The position numbers were made by a program, and so were the translations under genes. The notes beneath the pieces are model-generated. The model was not told the origin of the DNA. It made no database searches and saw only the letters and a program-made list of their open reading frames with translations. Positions 17,259 to 25,668 of a DNA stretch of 64,000 bases are shown piece by piece. The number at the start of each line of letters is the position of its first letter. Position 1 is the stretch's first letter. Source of the DNA: an uncultured Phycisphaerales bacterium (lineage in GTDB: Bacteria > Planctomycetota > B15-G4); NCBI GenBank assembly GCA_964490005.1, contig CAZBBB010000003.1:14128-78127 (forward strand). The letters are read 5' to 3'.

Positions 17259-19882
17259 ACGGCCGCGTTCTGATCGCTCTCGCCGCGCTCGCGGCCGGTC
17301 TCGGTGTCGGCTGGTGGTCGGAAGCCTGGTGGGAACTCCTCGCGCGCTCCGCGGCCGGGGACTCGAGCACATCGCTCCCGTTCGTGCCGATCGCGTGGGC
17401 GTGCGCGGGGCTCGGCGTGCTCGTCGGGCGCCGCGTCGGCGGCGGCACCGAACTCGCAGCCTGCCGCTGGTGGGGGGGAGCCGCCTTCGTGGCGCTGCTG
17501 GGCGCACGCCTCTCGGGCGGCGTCCTGGAGGCTGCCGCACCGGGTGCCGCGGCCTTTTGCGCAGCGGCCGGCCTGGGGGCCGTCTGCCAAGCGTCGGGAT
17601 GGTGGTGGGCGGGGCTGGCTGCGGCATGGGGAGCGGGGCCCGAGGTGCTCGGCGCCACGCGCGCATCGGTCGGGCTGGGCGCCGCTGCGCTGCTCGGCGC
17701 CGCGGTCCTGGCCGGCAGCGCATCGACGCCCCGGTGCGACGGACCGACGCGTACGGAGCGCCCCGCGCTCAACGAGATCCTGGCGGGCCTGCTCGCCGGA
17801 GCGTGCGTGGGATTCGCGGGCACCGTGGTCGTGTCGTGCGCCTGGCAGGCGTCGGTCGTCGGAACCGCGACGCCGGCGCAGGTCGTCGCTTGGCTCTCGG
17901 GCGGCGCCGCACTCGGATGCGCCGCACTCGCGGTCACCCGCGGCGTCGAGGCGCGCGGCGCGCTGGCCGCGTTGCTCGCGCTCGGAGCCGCCGCCGGCGT
18001 GTGGTCGATTGCGCGCGGCGCGGGGCCGCACGTCGCCGCGGCGCTGCTGGGCGGCGCCGGCGGCCTGTGCGTCGTCCGATCCGCCGGGCCCGCGCTCTTC
18101 GGCGGAATGGCCGTCGGTTCGTTGTTCGCGGGCGATCCGCGCAGCCTTGCGCTGCTGCCCGCGTGCGGCACGATCGCGGCGGCCGCCGCGGCGCTGTGCG
18201 CGGGTCGGCCGCGGGCGGGGACGGCCGTGCGCAGGCCGCGGCTCGTACTGCTGCTCGCGTCGTTGCTCGCGCTGCCGACACCTTGGTTGCTCCCCGCGCC
18301 GGTGCCGTTCCCCCGTGGAGACCTCGCCGGCCGCTACGACGGCTCCGCGGGTGTTCCCAGCATCGACTCCGAGGTCCGGATCGACGGCTATGCGGGTCTG
18401 GACTCGCGCGCACTGCAACCGATCGCGTTCCGTGCCGGGCGCCTGGCAGCGGCGATGCACCCGGCGGCGCGGTCCGTCGTCAGCCTGTCCACCGTCGACG
18501 GCGCGGCGGTCGCGGGACTGCTGGCCTCCACGGGCGCGGCACGGCAGGTCTGCGTGGTGTCGCCGGCCTTCGAGACCTGGGCGCAAGCCCGGCGCACGGC
18601 CGCCGCCGCCGCCGCGGGCGGATCCGTCGCCGAGATCGTCGGGGGCGACGAACTCGACTGGCTCTCGCGGCACGAGGCCGCCTGGGACCTGGTCGTGATC
18701 GGCCCGCCCGATCCTCCGCGGCGCGACGAGTCGCGTCGCCACGGCCGGGCGTTCGCCCAGGCGGTACGGCGGGCGCTGGCCGCCGACGGCGTCGCCGTGC
18801 AGTGGTACGCATTGGCGAACATGGACTGGCCGGCGTTCCAGGCGGCCGCCTCCGCGTGGCTCCGGGTCTTCCCGGATGCGCGCGCCTTCGTGGCCTCGCC
18901 CGGGGGCGCTGCGCCCCTCGTCGCGCTGGTCGGCGGGCTGAGCGGCGGCCTGCCGGATGCCGCAGCCGTCGATGCGCTGCTGGGCGCCCGCCCGAGCCCC
19001 TCGGGCCCGAGCGCGGCGGTCGATGTCCATGACGTTTATCTCGCCGACGCCTGGAGCCTGGCGCGCGCCGCGCGCGCCGGCGAAGACGCCGAGGAGCCGG
19101 TCGTGTCGTGCTGGCGCGATCCGTCATCCGGTCGTCAGCCCTCGCCGCAGCGGGCGGCAAGGAATCTGCGCCTGCTTGCGGCGCTGGCGGCGCCGCTGGA
19201 GACCGCATCGCTCGCGGTCCGGCCGGCCGACGAGAAGGACGACCGGCGACTCGGTGCGGAACTCACGGCCCGCTCGGCGGCCCTCGTGGCGCTGCTGCAC
19301 GCCGCGGCCGCCGGCATCGAGCTGGAGGCTGCCGTCGACGGCGCGCTCTCGCCGGACCGCGTCTCGGCGCTCGAGGCGGAACTCCACTCGGCGCTGCTCG
19401 CCGGGTGGGCCGCCGCGGGAGGCCATCTCGACGTGCGCGACGCGCTGCTCGAGCGCTCGCTGCGGCTCACGCGCGATGACCGCTGGCAGGCGGCCGCCGC
19501 GCTGCTCGACGGCGCCGGGCGCGTGCATCCCGACGGCAGGCTGCTCGGATTGCAGTGCCTCGTGCTGCTCGAACTCGGCGACGTGGAGCGCTCGCTCGAG
19601 GTCGGACTGCGGGCGCGGGATCTCGCGTCGGAGGACCGCACGGTGCTGGTGAATCTCGGCAGCGCGCTCGTGCACGCCGGCCGCGACGAGGAGGGCCGGC
19701 AGGTGCTGCTCGCTGCGCGCCGCGCGTACGCGCCGCGGCCACTCCCCGCGCAGGCGGGCGCCGCCCTCGACGTCCTCGAGCGCGCGCCCGGCGCGGTTCA
19801 GGCCGCGACCCGACTGCTCGAGCGCCTCCCTCCGGGCGACCGCTGGAAGGACGTGCTCCGCCGCCTGCTGAGCGACGCTTAG
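17252..19882 (+). CDS. Polytopic membrane protein fused to a spermidine synthase-like (SAM-MTase fold) domain and C-terminal TPR repeats
   Basis: GTG 17252 (7-nt overlap with the folC stop), in frame with composite ORF 15971..19882. About 330 aa of Ala/Gly/Trp-rich TM helices come first. Then ...VCVVSPAFETWAQAR...WDLVVIGPPDPPRRD...GVAVQWYALANMD... Then TPR-like helices (...LELGDVERSLEVGLRARDLASEDRTVLVNLGSALVHAGRDEEG...). Confidence 0.6.
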   Translation: MLNGRVLIALAALAAGLGVGWWSEAWWELLARSAAGDSSTSLPFVPIAWACAGLGVLVGRRVGGGTELAACRWWGGAAFVALLGARLSGGVLEAAAPGAAAFCAAAGLGAVCQASGWWWAGLAAAWGAGPEVLGATRASVGLGAAALLGAAVLAGSASTPRCDGPTRTERPALNEILAGLLAGACVGFAGTVVVSCAWQASVVGTATPAQVVAWLSGGAALGCAALAVTRGVEARGALAALLALGAAAGVWSIARGAGPHVAAALLGGAGGLCVVRSAGPALFGGMAVGSLFAGDPRSLALLPACGTIAAAAAALCAGRPRAGTAVRRPRLVLLLASLLALPTPWLLPAPVPFPRGDLAGRYDGSAGVPSIDSEVRIDGYAGLDSRALQPIAFRAGRLAAAMHPAARSVVSLSTVDGAAVAGLLASTGAARQVCVVSPAFETWAQARRTAAAAAAGGSVAEIVGGDELDWLSRHEAAWDLVVIGPPDPPRRDESRRHGRAFAQAVRRALAADGVAVQWYALANMDWPAFQAAASAWLRVFPDARAFVASPGGAAPLVALVGGLSGGLPDAAAVDALLGARPSPSGPSAAVDVHDVYLADAWSLARAARAGEDAEEPVVSCWRDPSSGRQPSPQRAARNLRLLAALAAPLETASLAVRPADEKDDRRLGAELTARSAALVALLHAAAAGIELEAAVDGALSPDRVSALEAELHSALLAGWAAAGGHLDVRDALLERSLRLTRDDRWQAAAALLDGAGRVHPDGRLLGLQCLVLLELGDVERSLEVGLRARDLASEDRTVLVNLGSALVHAGRDEEGRQVLLAARRAYAPRPLPAQAGAALDVLERAPGAVQAATRLLERLPPGDRWKDVLRRLLSDA

Positions 19883-20664
19883 GAGCGGGGGCCGCGGCGG
19901 CGCGACTCGGCGCGCGGGCGTCCGCCCAGACGGACGACCGTCTGCGCGCTGCCACGGAGCGCTTCGACCTCGGCGGCCGTCAACGGGCGCGTCTCGCCCG
20001 GCCGCAGGCGGCCGAGTTCGACGGGACCGATCGAGAGCCGGATCAGGCGCCGAACTTCGTGGCCGAAGCGCGCGAACACGCGGCGGATCTCGCGCTTCTT
20101 GCCTTCGGTGAGCATCACGCGCAGCACGCTCTTCGTGCGGCCGGGGCGCACCATCTCGATGCTGATGGCTCCCGTGCGTCCCTCGGCCAGCCAGATGCCG
20201 TGACGCATCTTCTCGAGCGCCGATTCCTCCGGTTGGCCCTCGACCTCCACCTGGTAGACCTTGCGGATGCCGAAGCGCGGGTGCGTCACGAGGTGGCAGA
20301 GTTCGCCGTCGTTCGTGAGCAGGATCGCGCCCTCGCTGTCCACGTCGAGGCGGCCGATCGTGTACAGGCGCCGATCGCGCATGTTCGCCGGCGCGTAGTC
20401 GATCGCCCGCAGCGTCCCGGCGCGGGTCGTCGCGCTGCAGATCGCGCCCCGGGGCTTGTTCAGCAGGACGTGCAGCGAGCGCTGGACGTTTAGGCGCTCG
20501 CCGTCGCACTTGATCGTCTGCGTGTCGGGGTCCACCTGCACGCCGAGCTGCGTCACCACGCGTCCGTCGATCTCGACGCGCCCCTGGCGGATGATGTTCT
20601 CGCACTCGCGGCGGCTGGCGACACCGGCCGCCGCCATGAGCTTCTGCAGTCGCTGCTTCGCCAT
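19879..20664 (-). CDS. rluB: Pseudouridine synthase, RsuA/RluB family (S4 domain + catalytic domain)
   Basis: ATG 20664, in frame with track ORF 19879..20898. MAKQRLQKLMAAAGVASRRECENIIRQGRVEIDG...LYTIGRLDVDSEGAILLTNDGEL.... Confidence 0.88.
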   Translation of the reverse strand: MAKQRLQKLMAAAGVASRRECENIIRQGRVEIDGRVVTQLGVQVDPDTQTIKCDGERLNVQRSLHVLLNKPRGAICSATTRAGTLRAIDYAPANMRDRRLYTIGRLDVDSEGAILLTNDGELCHLVTHPRFGIRKVYQVEVEGQPEESALEKMRHGIWLAEGRTGAISIEMVRPGRTKSVLRVMLTEGKKREIRRVFARFGHEVRRLIRLSIGPVELGRLRPGETRPLTAAEVEALRGSAQTVVRLGGRPRAESRRRGPRS

Positions 20665-21605
20665 CAGGGGGCCTCCACGGCGAGCAGTTCGAGGTCGCGG
20701 CCCGCGACGCGGGCCGACCCGACCGTGAACACGGTGTCGCCGGCGGCGAGATGCAGCTCGTCCGCGCCGGCGCGCAGCGTACCGCGTCCCGCGAGCACGG
20801 TCAGGATCGCCCAACGGCCCACGGGCTGCAGCGCGACCTCCGAGCGCACGCGCGCGTGGCCGAGCGTGAAGGCCCGGCAGCGGATCAGCGCGTTCCACGC
20901 GTCATCGACGTCGGGCGCGCGCCGCACGCCTTCCGGGGCGTGGTCGCGGCAGGCCTGCGACGCCCGATCGAGATGCACCGGCCGCCCGCGGCCCCAGTCG
21001 TGGATGCGCCAGGTCGTGTCCGAGTTCTGCTGGATCTCGAACAGGGTCACCCCGGGGCCGATGGCGTGGACCGTGCCGGCGGGGACGAGCAGCGCGTCGC
21101 CCACGCCGACGGGCACGCGCCGCAGCAGCCGCTCCACCTCACCGTCCGGCGCACCCGCCGCCACGCGCGCCAGCAGCTCGGCGCAGCGCGTGCCGGCGGC
21201 CGTCCCGAGGTAGACGCAGGAGTCGGCGTCGGCCTCGACCACGAACCAGGCCTCCGTCTTGCCGCGTGCGAGTCCCTGCCGCCGCGCCACCTCGTCATCG
21301 GGATGGACCTGCACCGACAGCACGTCGCGCGCGTCGAGGAACTTGACGAGCAGCGGGAAGGACTCCGGTGCCGGGCAATGCAGCGCGGCGCCCTCCCGCC
21401 GCAGCCAGTCGGCGAAGGCCAGGGGGCGGTCGCGCAGACGCGACGGCGCCGACGCATGGCAGCTCGCGAGCCACCACTCGCCGACCGCCGTGCCGCGCGG
21501 CGCCGACGGGGGAGCCCAGCCGAAACGCTCCGCGATGCGCGTGCCGCCCCAGGGACGCACGACGGGCTCGGGGGCCAGGTGGAAGGCGCAGGCGGCGCTC
21601 ATCAT
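20664..21605 (-). CDS. manA: Mannose-6-phosphate isomerase, class I (cupin)
   Basis: 313 aa: ...FPLLVKFLDARDVLSVQVHPDD...GKTEAWFVV...VPAGTVHAIGPGVTLFEIQQNSDTTWRIHDW.... Confidence 0.85.
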   Translation of the reverse strand: MMSAACAFHLAPEPVVRPWGGTRIAERFGWAPPSAPRGTAVGEWWLASCHASAPSRLRDRPLAFADWLRREGAALHCPAPESFPLLVKFLDARDVLSVQVHPDDEVARRQGLARGKTEAWFVVEADADSCVYLGTAAGTRCAELLARVAAGAPDGEVERLLRRVPVGVGDALLVPAGTVHAIGPGVTLFEIQQNSDTTWRIHDWGRGRPVHLDRASQACRDHAPEGVRRAPDVDDAWNALIRCRAFTLGHARVRSEVALQPVGRWAILTVLAGRGTLRAGADELHLAAGDTVFTVGSARVAGRDLELLAVEAP

Positions 21606-21656
21606 CGCTCCGGGGTCCCGGCGCGTCCGTGTCCGGGCGCGCCGCGGGCGTGGAGC

Positions 21657-21806
21657 CTAGAGCGAGCGGCTGATCTGGTCCAGCAGTCTCATGAGCGCGG
21701 CGTCGTACGCGGGCTCGGAGATGTCCTCGTCGGCAACCCATTCCCGCCAGCGTGCTTCGCGGAAGTCTGGATCGTCGCTCGGATCGAACTCGGGGAGTTC
21801 GCTCAT
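21657..21806 (-). CDS. Possible small acidic protein (49 aa), below the ORF-track size cut-off
   Basis: My own translation: MSELPEFDPSDDPDFREARWREWVADEDISEPAYDAALMRLLDQISRSL*. Third-position GC is about 80%. It fills part of an otherwise empty 328-bp same-strand gap between rsmD and manA. No clear SD. Confidence 0.3.
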   Translation of the reverse strand: MSELPEFDPSDDPDFREARWREWVADEDISEPAYDAALMRLLDQISRSL

Positions 21807-21933
21807 GGGGGGGGCGAGGCCTTGAGTCGTGGGTGCACGTCGCAGGTGAGGTCGCGGCCGATCGCGGGGCGAGGGCCACCGACACTATCGAAGTCCGCGC
21901 GACCGGACTTGAACACGTTGCACGCGAGTCGCG

Positions 21934-22506
21934 TCAACCCGGATCGGAGCGCCCGTAGACGCAGACGGCGCTCGTGCCGTACTCGCGGCGACGCAGCATT
22001 GACAAGTCAAGCAGCCGCTGCGGCGAGAGCCGCGCGACGGGCGTTTCGATCGCGAGGCAGGCGTGCGCGGCGAGCACGCCCGGCGCCGCGAGCGACGGCG
22101 GCACGGGGTGCAGGTCGGCGAAGGGCGGATCGGCGAGCACGAGATCGAACCCGGCCGGAGGTGGAGCGAAGCGCATGACGTCGGCCACCAGCACCGTCGC
22201 TTCGGGCACCTGCAGGCCGGCCGCGGCGAGATTGGCGCGCAGCGCGGCGAGCGCGCGCGGGTCGCGTTCGACGAAGGTCGCCGCGGCGGCCCCGCGGCTC
22301 AGCGCCTCGATGCCGAGCGCGCCCGAGCCCGCGTACAGATCGAGGACGCACGCGCCCTCGACGCGCGCTCCGAGCATCCCGAAGAGCGCCTCGCGGACCA
22401 TCGCGCGGGTGGGGCGCGTGACCCGACCGGCGGCGACCTCGAGGCGCAGTCCCTTGAAGCGGCCGGCGATGATGCGCGGCGCCGTCGGCGGGGGGGATCG
22501 ATTCAA
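21934..22506 (-). CDS. rsmD: 16S rRNA (guanine966-N2)-methyltransferase
   Basis: Track ORF 21934..22698. Core: RIIAGRFKGLRLEV...TRPTRAMVREALFGML...VLDLYAGSGALGIEALSRGA...LADPPF. The start is uncertain. TTG 22506 gives MNRSPPPTAPRIIAG. ATG 22587 is the alternative but would overlap the divergent gene's start. Confidence 0.8.
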   Translation of the reverse strand: MNRSPPPTAPRIIAGRFKGLRLEVAAGRVTRPTRAMVREALFGMLGARVEGACVLDLYAGSGALGIEALSRGAAAATFVERDPRALAALRANLAAAGLQVPEATVLVADVMRFAPPPAGFDLVLADPPFADLHPVPPSLAAPGVLAAHACLAIETPVARLSPQRLLDLSMLRRREYGTSAVCVYGRSDPG

Positions 22507-22585
22507 AAGAGGCGGGCCGAGGGGGTAGCGTGGGCGATTCGCGACGATACCAGCCGCGCCCCGCAACCCGAGTCCGCCCGCCGCC

Positions 22586-24097
22586 ATGGATCCCGCTCCC
22601 GCTTCGCCGCCGCCGCGCCGTCGCGCGGACGTCGTCGTCAGCCTGGGGCGCGAGGATCGCCGGCGCCTCGCCGCCGCGCGGGCGGCCCGCTCGGTCACCG
22701 TCTATCTGATCGTCGCCGGCGGGCTGCACGCGGTCCTCATCGGTTGGTGGTTCGCCGGCTACCTCGCCGGTGCGGACGCGGTCGAGACGCGCACGCTGAG
22801 CGCCACGCTCGACGACCCGCCGCCGCTCGAGGAACTGGTCCCGGAGCCGGCGCCCGAGCCCGAGATCGAACCGCCGCCCGTCGTGCACGAGGAGGTCGTG
22901 GTCGAGCAGCCCGACGTCGACGAGGCCAGGGACGATGTCGAACTCGTCACGGCCCCGGTCGACCTGATCGGCCTCGGGGGACGCGGCGGGGGCGGCGGCG
23001 GCGGCAGGCGCTCGGCGCTGTCCGACGTCCCGGTGCCGATCGAGGCCGCGGGGGCCGGCGGCTCGCCGTTCCGGTCCTTCGTCGAGGACCTGCGCGCGCG
23101 CGGCATGGACGTGGCCTTCGTCATCGACGCGACGGCGAGCATGGATCGCTTCATCACGCGGGCGCGGGCGACCATCGACGACATCATCGGCGACCTCGCG
23201 ACGGTCGTTCCGGACCTGCGCCTCGGGCTCGTCGCCTACCGCGACACGACCGACGACTGGCTCACGCAGAGCGTGCAGCTCACCGACGACCGCTACCAGA
23301 TCCACAACTTCCTGATGGACCTGGACGCCAAGGGTGGCGGCGACTTCGAGGAGGCCGTCGACGCCGGCCTGCGCGTCGCGATGGAAGGGCTGAGCTGGCG
23401 GTCGGGGGCGCGGCGCGTGATCATCCTCGTCGGCGACGCTCCGCCCCACGGCGCCGACGAGTCGGCGGTGCTCGGCCTCGTGCGGGGCTTCGCACGCGAC
23501 GCCAACTCCGCCGTGAACGTGCTCTTCACGGGCGTCGATCCCGACGCGGAGCCGACCGAGCGGGAGCAGCAGGCGCGCTCGTACTTCGACCGCCTCGCGC
23601 GCGCCGGCGAGGGGCTGCTCGCGGATCTCGTCGCCGACCGCGACAGCCTGCGCGAGCGCATCCTCGACGCGAGCTTCGGCACGCTCTACGGGGCCGAACT
23701 CCGCGACCTGCTCGAACACCGCCGCTCGGACGGGCGCCGCCAGCGCATCGTCGAGGAACGCGTGAAGGCCGGCAACCGCAAATGGTTGCTGCAGGAGCTC
23801 GGCGATCTGCCGGTGTATCCCGCGATCGTCGAGGGCTGCGTCATGCTCTTCGATCGCAGCGTCGCCGAGCGCGCCGTCGCGCTGCTCTCCGACGAAACGC
23901 TGGCCGTGGCCGTGCGCTCGGCGGCCCTGCACGTGCTCAAGAAGACGCTCGTGCCCGGCCTGGCGCTGGACGTGACGCGCCCCTTGGCCGAGCAGCAGTC
24001 GGCCCTCGCCCGGCTGCGTCGCGAACTCGAGCGGATGGCCGGTCCGCGCCCGCCGCCCGCGCCGCTGCCCGGAGCACCGCCGCCGCCGGGGCGCTGA
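22586..24097 (+). CDS. Membrane-anchored von Willebrand factor A (vWA) domain protein with helical C-terminal region
   Basis: 503 aa. N-terminal TM VTVYLIVAGGLHAVLIGWWFAGYL. A Pro/Glu linker and a Gly run follow. vWA with MIDAS: VAFVIDATASM...LGLVAYRD...GGGDFEEAV...VIILVGDAPPHG. Confidence 0.8.
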   Translation: MDPAPASPPPRRRADVVVSLGREDRRRLAAARAARSVTVYLIVAGGLHAVLIGWWFAGYLAGADAVETRTLSATLDDPPPLEELVPEPAPEPEIEPPPVVHEEVVVEQPDVDEARDDVELVTAPVDLIGLGGRGGGGGGGRRSALSDVPVPIEAAGAGGSPFRSFVEDLRARGMDVAFVIDATASMDRFITRARATIDDIIGDLATVVPDLRLGLVAYRDTTDDWLTQSVQLTDDRYQIHNFLMDLDAKGGGDFEEAVDAGLRVAMEGLSWRSGARRVIILVGDAPPHGADESAVLGLVRGFARDANSAVNVLFTGVDPDAEPTEREQQARSYFDRLARAGEGLLADLVADRDSLRERILDASFGTLYGAELRDLLEHRRSDGRRQRIVEERVKAGNRKWLLQELGDLPVYPAIVEGCVMLFDRSVAERAVALLSDETLAVAVRSAALHVLKKTLVPGLALDVTRPLAEQQSALARLRRELERMAGPRPPPAPLPGAPPPPGR

Positions 24098-24106
24098 GCC
24101 GTCGCT

Positions 24107-25627
24107 TCAGCGCCTGCCGTAGTCGAGCACCGGCGGCTGGCTGGCCGCCCAGGCCCGCCAGGCGGATTCGACCTCGGTGCTGCTCGTCGCGAAGGCCTCG
24201 GCGAAGGCGGCGTCGTGCAGCACGGAGGGGTCGCGCCGGTCGGCGTCCGCGTCGCGCCCGTAGGCCGCGACATACAGCCGGAGCTCGGCGGATCGCGACG
24301 AGAGCAGATAGTCCAGGAAGCTCCAGCAGACCGCGAGTTCGCGGCTGTCGAGGCGAGAGAGAGGCTGGCGCAGCACCTCGCGCAGATCCGGAATCTCCGC
24401 CTGGCGGCGCTCGTCGCTCAGGACGTTCACCCACGCCGTGTAGTCCTCCCAACCGGGCACGAAGGGCTCGACCGGGCGGCCGCCCTCGTCGACCGGCGCC
24501 GAGCCCATCGAAATCGTCGCGTAGCGGTTCACGCGGCCCTCGAGACGCGTCGTCCACGCCCCTTCGAGCCAGCCCGGGATCGGCCGGGACCCGAAGGACT
24601 GCTGCACGAGGATGCGCGCGTAGTGGTGGACGAGCAGGCCGAGCCGCGCTTCGGTCGGATGGCCCGTGTGCAGGACATGGTCACCTTCGGCGACGACCAC
24701 GATCAGCGACTGCGGCCAGAGCAGCGCGTAGTTCGTTCGCGAACGCCAGCGTTCGCGCTGTGCATGTGCCAGCGGGTAGCGCTCGATGAAGCCGGGCTCG
24801 TGCAGGCGTTGCATCGCGGCGGCGTCGGGCGGCAGCAGGATCGGCACCCACGACGCCTGCAGGCGCGCGCCGGTCTCCTCGTCCGGCGGCAGCGCCTCGA
24901 GGAACAGGGCCTCGGCGCGTTCGAGACCGAGGCGCAGCGCCGCGGTCGCGTCCTCGGGCAGACTCGCGAACAGCGTGAAGCGCCCGCTCTCGGTGGCCTG
25001 CACGGGCGACCCGAAGATCAAGGGCAGCGCGTCGAGCGCCGCGCGCGTCTCCGCGGTGCGCGGCGGCAGCCACTCGTCGCCGTGGCGCACGAGCCCCCGC
25101 CGCCGCATGACCTCGTCTTCAGAACGCCAGGCTCCGTCGTCGTAGATCAACCCCTCGGCGCGTCGCGCGGCGGCGTGCTCGGCGACCCAGGCGGCGAGTT
25201 CGTCGGGATCCATCCAGCGTCCGTCGAGCCGCACGCGCCCCAGCAGTTCGTTGGCCAGGGGATGCTCGGGATCCACGGCGAGCACGTCGCGCAGCAGCGC
25301 CTGCCGGTGCTTCGTCAGCCCCTGCTCGGCCGCCCAGTCCGAGAGCTCGAGCAGGCCGTCGACATCGTCGTCCCGCAACGCGGCACGACGGGCCTCGACC
25401 TCCTCGGCCGGCGTGCGCTTCTCCTCGATGCGCGCGATCTTCGCCAGGTCGACCTTGAGGGTGCCGAAGCTCGACTCGACCGTCAGCTCGGTCGCGGTGC
25501 GCGCGACGATGCGTCCCTCGAGGCGGCGGCCATCCTTGAAGTGGATGATGTCCGCCCGTGCGGCGGGCGCGGCCAGCGCGAACAGCACGAGCATCCGGAC
25601 GGCGGTCTGGGGGCGGCCTGCGTGCAT
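24107..25627 (-). CDS. Secreted protein resembling DUF1570/peptidase-MA-like proteins but lacking HExxH
   Basis: 506 aa. Signal peptide MLVLFALAAPAARA. N-terminal IHFKDGRRLEGRIV...TLKVDLAKIARIEE beta-hairpin motif. LLVHHYARILVQQSFGSRPIPGWLEGAWTTRLEG occupies the position where (from memory) this family has HEATHQ...WL.EG. There is no HExxH anywhere in the protein. Confidence 0.65.
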   Translation of the reverse strand: MHAGRPQTAVRMLVLFALAAPAARADIIHFKDGRRLEGRIVARTATELTVESSFGTLKVDLAKIARIEEKRTPAEEVEARRAALRDDDVDGLLELSDWAAEQGLTKHRQALLRDVLAVDPEHPLANELLGRVRLDGRWMDPDELAAWVAEHAAARRAEGLIYDDGAWRSEDEVMRRRGLVRHGDEWLPPRTAETRAALDALPLIFGSPVQATESGRFTLFASLPEDATAALRLGLERAEALFLEALPPDEETGARLQASWVPILLPPDAAAMQRLHEPGFIERYPLAHAQRERWRSRTNYALLWPQSLIVVVAEGDHVLHTGHPTEARLGLLVHHYARILVQQSFGSRPIPGWLEGAWTTRLEGRVNRYATISMGSAPVDEGGRPVEPFVPGWEDYTAWVNVLSDERRQAEIPDLREVLRQPLSRLDSRELAVCWSFLDYLLSSRSAELRLYVAAYGRDADADRRDPSVLHDAAFAEAFATSSTEVESAWRAWAASQPPVLDYGRR

Positions 25628-25668
25628 GCGCGTCTCTCCCGGTTCCGCCGGGTATCTTGGGCCCCTGC

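Noticed and set aside
22975-23012. GGC/GGG triplet-repeat stretch
   Set aside because: It encodes an in-frame poly-Gly linker (GRGGGGGGGRR) of the vWA protein. It is not a non-coding tandem repeat or a CRISPR-like array.
24091-24112. Small hairpin GCTGA-N9-TCAGC formed by the two convergent stop codons of 22586..24097 and 24107..25627
   Set aside because: Only a 5-bp stem. It is most likely a coincidence of two TGA codons facing each other and too weak to call a terminator.
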